53,185 nucleotides of DNA from a virus (Duplodnaviria; Caudoviricetes). Positions 33,188-41,799 of the stretch are shown in pieces (the stretch's first letter is position 1; each line of letters starts with the position of its first letter). The notes beneath the pieces are model-generated. The model was not told the DNA's origin, made no database searches, and was given only the letters and a program-made list of their open reading frames with translations. Made by a program: the position numbers and the translations under genes. The DNA is taken from positions 1-53,185 of the IMG/VR virus record IMGVR_UViG_3300046740_000679, one strand, 5' to 3'.

Positions 33188-34039
33188 TCAGGGCCGGATC
33201 ATCATGGCGTCGAGCGAGAGGACGCCGTTCGCGGTCTGCGTCGCGGCGCCGGAGAGCGAGAGGTAGCGAGCCTTTACGGTCTGCGTTCCCGAATGCGTGA
33301 CGACGTAACGTCCGAGGAGCGTCTGCGTCGCGGTCTCGTTCACGGGGATGGAGACTTCTTGGACGATGTTGGTGCCCGCGCTGTCCGTCACGGTGAGCGC
33401 GAGCTTGCCGCCCGCACTCGAGGGAGCGAGGAACGGCACCGAGGCGCGCACCATGAGTACGTCGCCGACGGCCGCACTCGAGAGGACGACTTGCGCCGGC
33501 CCCGCGCCGATATCGACGTAGGTCGTCGACGTCGTCGTTCCGTAGGCGGACCCCACGGTGCCGAACACCGCGCCCGCCGTTGCGATGATGCCGTTGACGA
33601 CCTTCGCCGCATCGACGCGCGCCGAGCCGTTGAGCCTCGGAACGCCGTTCGCGATGTCGAGCGCTCCGAACGCCGAGAGCTCCCAACCGCCAGTCCCGTC
33701 GGTCGCCGCGATCTGAAAGGGCGGATCGTTCGTGTCAGTCGCGGCGAAGTATTGATAGAGACCGACATTGTCGACGTAGCAGAAGCCGCCCTCGATCTTG
33801 GCCGCCCCCGTGAGTGCTTCGAGCGCGGCGATCGTTGCCACATGGCGCAGGACGCTCACGCCGCCGGGAGAGGCACCCGAGCCCGGAGCCACCGCATCAA
33901 GGCGCGCCTTGTTCCCCGCCGTGCGATCCGCGAGCTTCTGCGCCGTAGTCTGAATGTCCGCGACGTTGATGAGGTCACTCGCGGACGGCGCCGTGACGGC
34001 CGCGAACGAAGTCGGGTCGTCGGTAATTGTTACGGGCAT
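33188..34039 (-). CDS. Tail fibre/baseplate-associated protein, paralogue A
   Basis: QKLADRT motif; follows the gpI-like gene. Confidence 0.7.
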   Translation of the reverse strand: MPVTITDDPTSFAAVTAPSASDLINVADIQTTAQKLADRTAGNKARLDAVAPGSGASPGGVSVLRHVATIAALEALTGAAKIEGGFCYVDNVGLYQYFAATDTNDPPFQIAATDGTGGWELSAFGALDIANGVPRLNGSARVDAAKVVNGIIATAGAVFGTVGSAYGTTTSTTYVDIGAGPAQVVLSSAAVGDVLMVRASVPFLAPSSAGGKLALTVTDSAGTNIVQEVSIPVNETATQTLLGRYVVTHSGTQTVKARYLSLSGAATQTANGVLSLDAMMIRP

Positions 34040-34042
34040 CGC

Positions 34043-34723
34043 TCAAACCTCCAAGTAAACGGCGGTGCCGAGCAGCGACGACCACGTCACCGCCCCGTGA
34101 CTGGCCCACGTGCCGCCGAGCGTTCCCCAGAGCTCGTCGCTGAGGAGCAAGATCACGTTCGCGCACTGCGTATGCGGCGGCTTCAGCTTGCGAACGAGCG
34201 CGCGCAAACGTTGCCAGTCGCCGAGCGGGATCTCCTCGGCCCAGTTGCCGGGATCACCCCACGTGCCGTCGGCGTTGCCCCAAAGCCCGGCCGCGAGCGG
34301 GCTACATGTCCACGGGAACGTGGGACGAATGATGACCCAAAACTTCCACCAGGCCGCAGGCCAGCCCTCGGCCCACTGGAAGCTCTCCCAAAGCTCGACG
34401 TTCGGAATGCCGGCGCGCTTGAGTGAGGCGACGATGCCCGTCGGTGTGCCCGACGCGAGCCACTGTTCCCACGCGTAATTGAGCTGCGCGATGAAGGTCG
34501 CATCGTCCTTCGCGAACGCGCGATCGATCTGAAAGTTCGACCCGATGTAGTCGAGCGCATCGCTCGGCGCCGAGGCGGGGAAGCGTGCCAGCGTGGCCGC
34601 CTTCGCGCGCGCGACGTAGTCGTCTTTCGTCTGCCCGAGCGAGACATTCCAGGCGACGGCGCCGTCATCGCGGAGCCAGGGCGGCGCGTTCTCGACTTGA
34701 TACTCCTCGTACGTCGGGCTCAT
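34043..34723 (-). CDS. Baseplate wedge protein (P2 gpI-like)
   Basis: APSDALDYIG...GTPTGIVASL...LVRKLKPPHT; follows baseplate J. Confidence 0.75.
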   Translation of the reverse strand: MSPTYEEYQVENAPPWLRDDGAVAWNVSLGQTKDDYVARAKAATLARFPASAPSDALDYIGSNFQIDRAFAKDDATFIAQLNYAWEQWLASGTPTGIVASLKRAGIPNVELWESFQWAEGWPAAWWKFWVIIRPTFPWTCSPLAAGLWGNADGTWGDPGNWAEEIPLGDWQRLRALVRKLKPPHTQCANVILLLSDELWGTLGGTWASHGAVTWSSLLGTAVYLEV

Positions 34724-35847
34724 CGGCTCGCCGTGAGGAGGAAGTTCGGCGTGAAGACCTGCGTGCCGAGCAGCGTGAGGTCGGAGGTGGGGCCCGTGAG
34801 CGCGAGGTTCGTGACGCCGGGGGTGTCGACGATCGCGGCGATCAGCTTGTCCAGGATCATCGTCCCCGCGATCGCCGTCGATCGCGCGTAGGCGAGGACG
34901 TTCGCTTGGACAGCGGCGAGCGTCGCCGTTAGGTCATACGCGCCGTCGACGATGACGTTGCCCGCGATGTTCGTGTTCGTGCCGGTCGCATTGGTGGCGA
35001 CGACCTTCACGCAGAGCACGCGCTTCACTTGAAGGAGCGCGTTCACGGCATTGTAGCCGTCGGTCGTGAGCGGCCCCGAGGGGCCTGCGACGACGACGGT
35101 GACGGTGCCCGTGTCGGGGTCCTCGAGTAGCCGCGTGCGCGTGACCTCCGAAGACGCGAACGTCGCCCAATAGAGATAGGCGCTCGAGGTCGAGCCGCTC
35201 CCGAGCGTGCCCCACTTGTTTTTGCAGCGCGCCACGTAGAGCGCGTTCGACTCGACGTCGGTGCCCTGCTGCGTGATCCAGGACGTCGTACCCGAGATCG
35301 CCGGGTTGCTGACCGTGACTCCGGGCAGCGACGACTGGAGAACCGTGAGTGCGCCGTTCGAGAGGTTGTAGGCCGCGCCCGGCGAGCTCGCCTGAAGGGT
35401 GAGCGGAAGGCTCCCGCTCAAGGGCAGTGTGCCGCCTCCGAGGTTCTGGAAGAGAAACCGACGCGTAGGGTCTGAGATGAAGAGCTGCCCGGGCTGAATC
35501 GTCGTCGGGCCGTTCGCGCCTGCGTCGACGAGGGTCACCTGCCCGCGCGTGGTCGTCGCCGGCTTGCGCGTCTCCTGAAAGACGCCTTGGCAGAGCAGGT
35601 CGAGCCAACCGGGCCCGCCTTCGGGCGTCACGAGCGCGGCGAGATCGAGGAAGCCGCCCGCCGCAATGCGCGCGATGGTCGCGTCGAGATCGGCGAGGTA
35701 GCTCGACTCGCCCTGAAGGAGCGCCGTCGGAAGGCTGAAGGGTGCCCACGACGTCTCTTGGATGCCGTTCGCCTGGAGCTTCGAGAGCATAAACGCGAGC
35801 GCGTCCGCCTCGGTCTTCGTGGCGAGGAGATCGGAGAGAAGCGTCAT
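34720..35847 (-). CDS. Baseplate J-like protein
   Basis: GWLDLL...RKPAT...PGAAYN...GTDVESNALYVAR...GTVTVVVAG...PGVTN. Confidence 0.88.
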   Translation of the reverse strand: MTLLSDLLATKTEADALAFMLSKLQANGIQETSWAPFSLPTALLQGESSYLADLDATIARIAAGGFLDLAALVTPEGGPGWLDLLCQGVFQETRKPATTTRGQVTLVDAGANGPTTIQPGQLFISDPTRRFLFQNLGGGTLPLSGSLPLTLQASSPGAAYNLSNGALTVLQSSLPGVTVSNPAISGTTSWITQQGTDVESNALYVARCKNKWGTLGSGSTSSAYLYWATFASSEVTRTRLLEDPDTGTVTVVVAGPSGPLTTDGYNAVNALLQVKRVLCVKVVATNATGTNTNIAGNVIVDGAYDLTATLAAVQANVLAYARSTAIAGTMILDKLIAAIVDTPGVTNLALTGPTSDLTLLGTQVFTPNFLLTASR

Positions 35848-36239
35848 GCGGCCTCTTGGAAGTCGAGAAGCGAGACCGTGACCTTGTCGACCCCGAGGAC
35901 GAGCGCGAAGGGCCCATCGGCCGTCGTGACCGTGATCGTGATGACCGCGGAGAGAAAGTCGACGGCGGGCGTGATCGTCACGTCGGCCGAGCGGACGCGC
36001 TCATCCTTCTCGCACTCGCCGACGATCTGGCTCCGCCACTTGTAGAGCATCGACGCCGTGAACTTCGCGCTCAGCATGCCGCGGAGATCGAGCCCGTCGT
36101 TCGGAGCCCACGGAAGTGATCCGCGCGGCGTCATCAAGCGGCGCGCGAGCTGCTCGCCGACGACGCGCTGCCCGCTCGTGAGCGAGAACGTCACATCGAG
36201 CACAGGGAACGTGCTGACGTCGGTGCCGAAGTCGACCAT
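35844..36239 (-). CDS. Baseplate wedge / sheath initiator (gp25/gpW/Mu gp46-like)
   Basis: LARRLMTPRGSLPWAPNDGLDL...KDERV. Confidence 0.8.
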   Translation of the reverse strand: MVDFGTDVSTFPVLDVTFSLTSGQRVVGEQLARRLMTPRGSLPWAPNDGLDLRGMLSAKFTASMLYKWRSQIVGECEKDERVRSADVTITPAVDFLSAVITITVTTADGPFALVLGVDKVTVSLLDFQEAA

Positions 36240-36781
36240 CAGGCGGCCGTCTGAAAGAACTTCGAGATCGCGGCCATCGATTCAGGCGTCGACGCCGCAA
36301 GGATGACGGCAGTGCAGCCGTCGGTCGGTGCGGCACCTCCGGGCAAGCCGCCCGCGACGCCGTTCGCGAGCTCCGTTCCCATGCGGTTCACCGTCCCGTT
36401 GAAGACATAAAGATCGATACCAATCGCGCCGAGCACCGCGGCAAACTCGGCGCCGAAGCTGACCGACGCGCCAAGCGCCCCGATGTCGGCTTGCAGCTTT
36501 GCGAGCGCGGAGGCGATCGCCAAAACCTGGAAGTCGATGCCGGGCAGGCCGAGCGCGATCGCGGCCTCGAGGTTGACGAGGAGCGCCTGCACGGTCGTCA
36601 GCGATCCCGCGAGCGACGGCGGCGTCAGTGCCATCGCCGCCTGCATCTCGATGAGGCCCGCGATCTGCGCGGTGAGCTGCGGGAGCACGGCGCCGATGGA
36701 GGCGTTGAGCGCGGCGTTCGCGGCGAGGGCGAGCGGCACGCACGCGCCGAGCGACAGCGTGCCGACATGCACGAGGCTCAA
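36239..36781 (-). CDS. Hydrophobic Ala/Leu-rich baseplate-region protein
   Basis: 180 aa, coupled between the spike and wedge genes. Confidence 0.65.
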   Translation of the reverse strand: MSLVHVGTLSLGACVPLALAANAALNASIGAVLPQLTAQIAGLIEMQAAMALTPPSLAGSLTTVQALLVNLEAAIALGLPGIDFQVLAIASALAKLQADIGALGASVSFGAEFAAVLGAIGIDLYVFNGTVNRMGTELANGVAGGLPGGAAPTDGCTAVILAASTPESMAAISKFFQTAA

Positions 36782-37254
36782 AGGGTCACCTTCGGATTGC
36801 CTGAGGTGATCAAACCGGGCGCGGGGCTCGTGATCGTGAGGACGCCGACCGCAGGCAAACCGCCGACCGTTCCCGAGAACGGAATGAGGGGCGGGAAGAA
36901 CACGGTGACGGATCCGCCCATGTATGCGGCGGGCCGGTTGCCGTCGAAGAGAGCGAGCGACTCGATCGTCGCGTCGTCGATGATCTGCGCGAACGGCTTC
37001 TTCGGATCCTGGTTCGCGAAACCGACGAGCGCGAGCCCGCCCTTCTTGATCTTCGCTTTGACGCCCGGCACGCCATACCGAATGGCGACGCGGCTGAGGG
37101 GCGCGAGCTTCTTGACGAGCGGCTTCAACTCGAGCGAGCCGTCCTCGTTTTGCATGACGACCTCGGCCTCGTAGAACGCCGAGTAGTCGACGCGGCGTTC
37201 GAGCGCGTCGAGGACGCCCGCGAACGACTTCTTCAGGCGATCGAGGTTAATCAT
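36778..37254 (-). CDS. Baseplate central spike (gpV-like)
   Basis: OB-fold-like N-terminus (YEAEVV..NEDGSLELKP...GVPG...ALVGFANQDP.KP); ends GLITSGNPKV. Confidence 0.7.
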   Translation of the reverse strand: MINLDRLKKSFAGVLDALERRVDYSAFYEAEVVMQNEDGSLELKPLVKKLAPLSRVAIRYGVPGVKAKIKKGGLALVGFANQDPKKPFAQIIDDATIESLALFDGNRPAAYMGGSVTVFFPPLIPFSGTVGGLPAVGVLTITSPAPGLITSGNPKVTL

Positions 37255-37909
37255 CGAAGGTCACGTCGGTGCGCGTGTTCGCTTGCCCGAGGCGATGCAC
37301 GACGCGGCCGACCTTGCCCCCCTCGAACATCGTGCCCGGGAGAAGCGTCGGTGCGTCGGCGCCGATCAGCATGATCGCGTCCTCGATGTTGCGATCGAGG
37401 ATCGTGTAGTCGCTGGGCGCCGCGTCGGGCCACGTCTCGGCGCCAAGCCAGATGGATCCGTCGGGGAGGACGCGCCACACGGCGCCGAGCTCGGCGGCGA
37501 TCGACGTCAGCGCCGCGCCGGCGGACGACTCGAGCCGCACCCATGAATCGAGGTGCGTTCCGAGGAGCGCGGGATCGATCGTATCGGAGAGGCGCTCGCC
37601 TGCCCCGCTCACGATGTCGAGCAGGATCGCGCGGGCTGTCGTCTTCGTGAACGCGCCCGCGTCGAGTCGCGTGCGGAGCTTTGCCGCGCCGCCGACGATC
37701 CGCACGTGCGTGTGATCGCGCCACACGGCCGGGGGTCGCCACGGTGCGCCGACGAGAAAGAGCGCGCCGTCGGCGAGCGAGAGCGTGACGGTGCCCGTGA
37801 ACGGTGTGGCGTCGGCCGAGTCGATGACGAGATCGGCCTGCCACACCATGACCCGCGGAAGCATGACGACGGCCTCGAGGACCGTGTGCCCGTTCGCCGT
37901 CGACGTCAC
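37247..37909 (-). CDS. Baseplate hub protein (gpD/Mu gp44-like)
   Basis: ARAILLDIVSGAGE...LGAVWRVLPDGSIWLG; position. Confidence 0.65.
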   Translation of the reverse strand: MTSTANGHTVLEAVVMLPRVMVWQADLVIDSADATPFTGTVTLSLADGALFLVGAPWRPPAVWRDHTHVRIVGGAAKLRTRLDAGAFTKTTARAILLDIVSGAGERLSDTIDPALLGTHLDSWVRLESSAGAALTSIAAELGAVWRVLPDGSIWLGAETWPDAAPSDYTILDRNIEDAIMLIGADAPTLLPGTMFEGGKVGRVVHRLGQANTRTDVTFDD

Positions 37910-38568
37910 GGATCACCCTGCGACGTGGACGGCTTCTTGAGCTTCCCGCCCGACTTGGCAGGCGAGTCAAAGATGGTCGGGTGGTTTGCGACGCCCGCCG
38001 TCTCCTTCGCCGCGTGCTTCTTCGGCTGCGCGAAGTACTCGATGCACGTAAACGTCGCGGTCTTCATCTGCGGGCCGGCGTCGCGGAGGAGCGGCGTGCC
38101 TTCGATGACGAAGCGGCGCAGGCCATAGAGCTCGAGATGTGGATGCAGGATGTCGATCGGCACCGAGCGGGTCTTCCCCGGCTTCACTTTCGCGACCTTG
38201 ATCAGGTCCTGAAGGCTGAGGAAGAGGGAACGATTCCAGATCAGGACGGAGATCGAGACGTGCGCGGGCACGTATCCCTGATCGTGCATCGACGCGCCGT
38301 CGGTCGCGGGCGTCGGCTTGACGTCCCACTTGACGGTGGGGGTGCCGCTGATCTCGATCTTGGTGTTCTCGAAGGGGACACCCCCCATGTCGATGGCGTT
38401 CCACGTGGCCATCTCGCTGGGCGAGCCGCCGAAGAACGGGATCGACGAGGCGGGGAGATTCGCGCCAAGCGTGGCCGGCTTCTTCGGGCCGCGCGTCGCG
38501 CCGGAGAGCGTGTCCGGCTCGGTCTTCTGCTCACGCTTGAAGACGGTGTTCGCGAGGGTATTCGGCAT
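37906..38568 (-). CDS. Tail tube initiator / post-tape-measure protein
   Basis: WDVK...DGAS..DQGY.P...PIDILHP.L...F.CIEY; position. Confidence 0.6.
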   Translation of the reverse strand: MPNTLANTVFKREQKTEPDTLSGATRGPKKPATLGANLPASSIPFFGGSPSEMATWNAIDMGGVPFENTKIEISGTPTVKWDVKPTPATDGASMHDQGYVPAHVSISVLIWNRSLFLSLQDLIKVAKVKPGKTRSVPIDILHPHLELYGLRRFVIEGTPLLRDAGPQMKTATFTCIEYFAQPKKHAAKETAGVANHPTIFDSPAKSGGKLKKPSTSQGDP

Positions 38569-38571
38569 CGC

Positions 38572-40392
38572 TTACCCGCCCGACTCTGCGTTCAGCTGCT
38601 CGAGCGCGCGGACTAGCGACGGGAGCGCATGCTGTTGGACCTGCTCGGCGATCTGCTTCGCCATGTCCTCATCGTCGGCGCGGGTCACGTGGATGTGGAG
38701 CTCGATGACCGTGCCGCGCCCGCCTGCGCCCGCGTAGCCGCCCGCTTGTGTGAAGCTCGCGAGGCTCGGGCTACGCGGTGGCGCGATCGCGGCGTTGATG
38801 CTGCTCGGAACGTCGCTCGCGTCGAGGCCGACGGAGAAGCCGGCGCCGGTCTGCATCCCGAGCTCGGCGAACACCTTTGACGGTGAGGCGATGCCGAGGA
38901 TCTTTTTTGCCGCCGCGGGGAGAAGCTCCACGAGCGCGTGGAACTTGTCGAGCATCGCGTCCCACCCCGACGTGATGCCCTCCCAGAGACCGCCGACGAT
39001 GTCGGCGCCGACCTGGACCATCTTCTGAGGCAGCTCCGCAATCTCGGCGTAGAGCTCGATCGTGCCGATTCCCCACGCTGCGAGCAGCTTGAGGTTGAAG
39101 AGGAACGCGTCCCAGGCGACCTGATTCTCGGGCGCCTTTACGATTCGATCGACCGAGTCCCAAAGCTGCCCGAGCGGCCCCTTGATCTCGTCCCACGTCT
39201 TGCCTACCGACGTGCCGAAGTCGATCGCCCAGTCAACGACCTTCGAAAATCCGTCGGCGATCTTGTTGATCGTCGCGTCGAGGTCGTCGCCGCTGACGCC
39301 GAAGAGCTTTGAGACCGCATCGAAGGCTTTATTGATCGCGGCGGTGAACTTCGCGCCTGCGGGCCCCTGAAGCGCGGTGACGATGTTGTGAATGAAGTCG
39401 ACGAGCGGCTTCGTGTTCACGTTCTCGAAGAGATCGCCCCACGCGTCTTTGAGGTGCTGGACCTGCGCGGTAAGGCTACCCGCCTCGAACTCGAGTCCCT
39501 TCGTGCCGAGCTTGTTCCCGCCGTCGAAGTTGGTCTGAATCGACTTGAGGATCGCGTTGAGCGCGTCCTGACTCTTCAGATCGCCGCTGTCGAAGAGTGC
39601 CTTCGCCTGCTGGAGCGTGACGCCCTTCGCTTCGGCGAGGGCCGCGTAAATCTTGTCGCTCGAGATGCCGAGCCCGCCGAAGGCGACGAGCTCGCGACTC
39701 GAGACCTTGTCGAGGCTCTTGATGCGCTCGAACTGCGCCATCAGCTCCTGCGCCTTCGCGACGTCGCCGCCGTTCGCGGCTTGCGTGTCGGAGATGGCGG
39801 CGAGGAGCGGCTTCAGCTCGTCCCGGTTGAAGCCCGCGCCGAGGAGCGAGCGCGCGAACCCGGTGAACGCGTCCTTCTGAAGGCCCGTCGACTTGGCGTA
39901 GCCTTCGAGCGTGTCGAGCGTATCGCGCGCGTCGGCGCCGGCGCCGAGCATCGTCTGAAGCCCGATGATCGTGTTGCGCTTGAAGTCGGCGCTCTCGGCC
40001 GCGAACTTGAAGCCCGCGAAGACGAGGCCCGCCGCCGCGATCGCGACGACGCCGGCGACCTCGGCGAGCTTGGCTACGACCGAGAGGAGCTCGCCCGCCG
40101 CCGCCGTAGCGAACCCGCCGATGGCCTTGAGCGCGTCGAGCGGGATGATCTTGTCGACCTTCGAGAGCATACCGGCGATGCCGCTCGCTCCCTTGTAGAA
40201 CGCCCCTTCGGCATCCGCGCCGAACGCTTGTCGGATCGCCGCACCGATCTTGACGAGGCCGCCGCCGTTCGTCGCCTTGTCGACCGACTTCAGAGAGTCG
40301 TTGACGGACGAGAGCGAGCGCGTCGCGTCCTTCGCCGGCCCGGAGATGCGGTCGACGAGTTGGAAGTACCAGGACATGCCGTCAGCGGCCAT
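38572..40392 (-). CDS. Tape measure protein
   Basis: Ala/Gly-rich helical 606 aa; C-terminal ILGIASPSKVF motif. Confidence 0.9.
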   Translation of the reverse strand: MAADGMSWYFQLVDRISGPAKDATRSLSSVNDSLKSVDKATNGGGLVKIGAAIRQAFGADAEGAFYKGASGIAGMLSKVDKIIPLDALKAIGGFATAAAGELLSVVAKLAEVAGVVAIAAAGLVFAGFKFAAESADFKRNTIIGLQTMLGAGADARDTLDTLEGYAKSTGLQKDAFTGFARSLLGAGFNRDELKPLLAAISDTQAANGGDVAKAQELMAQFERIKSLDKVSSRELVAFGGLGISSDKIYAALAEAKGVTLQQAKALFDSGDLKSQDALNAILKSIQTNFDGGNKLGTKGLEFEAGSLTAQVQHLKDAWGDLFENVNTKPLVDFIHNIVTALQGPAGAKFTAAINKAFDAVSKLFGVSGDDLDATINKIADGFSKVVDWAIDFGTSVGKTWDEIKGPLGQLWDSVDRIVKAPENQVAWDAFLFNLKLLAAWGIGTIELYAEIAELPQKMVQVGADIVGGLWEGITSGWDAMLDKFHALVELLPAAAKKILGIASPSKVFAELGMQTGAGFSVGLDASDVPSSINAAIAPPRSPSLASFTQAGGYAGAGGRGTVIELHIHVTRADDEDMAKQIAEQVQQHALPSLVRALEQLNAESGG

Positions 40393-40396
40393 AAGC

Positions 40397-40561
40397 TCAC
40401 CTCGGCGTGAGGGTCGCGATCACGCGGCCCATGAATTCGGCGATGAAGAGCGCCCCCGCACGTGCCTCCTCGCTGTCTTCGCCGCTGCGAAACGCGATGA
40501 GTTGATCGGCCGCCGCGAGTAGATCGCGCCGGCTCACGTCGCGGAGGTCGATTATTTTTTT
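40397..40561 (-). CDS. -1 frameshift extension of the tail chaperone (GT)
   Basis: Seven A at 40561-40555 on the minus strand; the -1 frame is open (IIDLRDVSRRDLLAAADQL...TLTPR) to 40397, 4 nt before the tape measure ATG. Confidence 0.8.
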   Translation of the reverse strand, partial: KKIIDLRDVSRRDLLAAADQLIAFRSGEDSEEARAGALFIAEFMGRVIATLTPR

Positions 40562-41199
40562 ACGGTGAACGCCGCCGACGCGCCGGCGAACGTCGCCGCC
40601 GCACTGCCGAACGTGTCGACGAGGCCTGGCATGCGCTCGACCATCTCTTTCCACGACTCGGCGAACGGGGGGATGACGCAGTCGACGAGGAGTTGCTCGT
40701 ACGCGGTGATCCCTTTTGCCTTGCCGGCGCGCATCGCGTTGAACGACTTCCATGCGCCGCGGGATGGCCGCTTGATGACGATCTCGCAATCGCGGTACTC
40801 GGGATGCCGCAGGTGCTGAAGCTCCCCCTTGCCGTACTTCTCCTCGAGCGGGCCGAGCACGGCTAGATCGTTGCACACGGCGGAACGCTCCGTCGCGCCG
40901 ACGAGGCGAGGGATGTCGCCGCCGAACGTGTCTGCGAGCGCGGCACGCCGATCGAGCATCGCGTCCCACTCGGGGAGCGTCGGGTAGACGACGCACATCT
41001 CCATGAGGCGCTCGACCGACTCGCCGCGCTGCACGAGGTCGGCGAGCTCGCGCTTCCACGCACGGAAGGCGTCGAGGCGCGGCGTCTTTACGACGATCTC
41101 GAACTGAGGCTCGTCGGGGTGCACAAGGTGCTCGAGTCGATCGTTGGGGTACTGCGCGCGAAGCTCGTCGAGCGTCTTCGCGGTAATCGGTTCCGGCAT
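40552..41199 (-). CDS. Tail assembly chaperone (G) with an internal tandem duplication
   Basis: Lies between the tube and tape measure genes; two repeats of about 100 aa; ends at slippery A AAA AAA TAA. Confidence 0.8.
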   Translation of the reverse strand: MPEPITAKTLDELRAQYPNDRLEHLVHPDEPQFEIVVKTPRLDAFRAWKRELADLVQRGESVERLMEMCVVYPTLPEWDAMLDRRAALADTFGGDIPRLVGATERSAVCNDLAVLGPLEEKYGKGELQHLRHPEYRDCEIVIKRPSRGAWKSFNAMRAGKAKGITAYEQLLVDCVIPPFAESWKEMVERMPGLVDTFGSAAATFAGASAAFTVKK

Positions 41200-41261
41200 T
41201 GCGGGTTACTCCACGCGCCCCGCCACCAGGGCGCGCATGGATGGTTTTTAGGGTGTTTTTA

Positions 41262-41714
41262 TTACTGCTCGGTCGGGACCGGGCTCACGCCGTTGCGAAG
41301 GACGACCTGCACGTAGAGATCGAACTTCACCGTCGGCGGTTCGTTGCCGACCTTGGGCGAGTCGCGATCCTTCTTGATGCGCACGCCGACGAGTTCGTCG
41401 GTGATCGTGGGCATCCCGTTCTCGCGGTACGTGCTCGTGATGTTGAAGGTCACGCCCATGTAGCCGTCGCCGAGCGCCTCGATGAGCGCCTGCGCCGAGG
41501 CCTTGTGCATCTCGAGCGAACCGTCGGGCTTCAATTGACCGAGGCTCGTGCCCATGGCGACGGGGCTGTTGCCGCGCGCTTCCCCGGGATCGAGCGCGTT
41601 GCCGTAGTCGATCGCAGTGACCCCCTTGTAGAAGTCACCGGCGACGTTGAAGCGCGTCGACGCGAAGTCGTAGACGCGCCCGTTCACTACCGGGAAGATC
41701 GCTTCGTCACCCAT
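41262..41714 (-). CDS. Tail tube protein
   Basis: VNGRVYDFAS...GVTAIDYG...GNSPVAMGTSLG; follows the sheath gene. Confidence 0.85.
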   Translation of the reverse strand: MGDEAIFPVVNGRVYDFASTRFNVAGDFYKGVTAIDYGNALDPGEARGNSPVAMGTSLGQLKPDGSLEMHKASAQALIEALGDGYMGVTFNITSTYRENGMPTITDELVGVRIKKDRDSPKVGNEPPTVKFDLYVQVVLRNGVSPVPTEQ

Positions 41715-41799
41715 GATCGTTCTCTCTCTTTCGGACGAGGGTCGGCGTCCCGGCGCGCGTCACGCGCCGGTGCCTCTCAATGCGTGCGCGCGATCGGCG

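Noticed and set aside
28310-34039. Diversity-generating retroelement or invertible fibre cassette
   Set aside because: No reverse transcriptase, no near-identical TR/VR pair, and no invertase or flanking inverted repeats were seen
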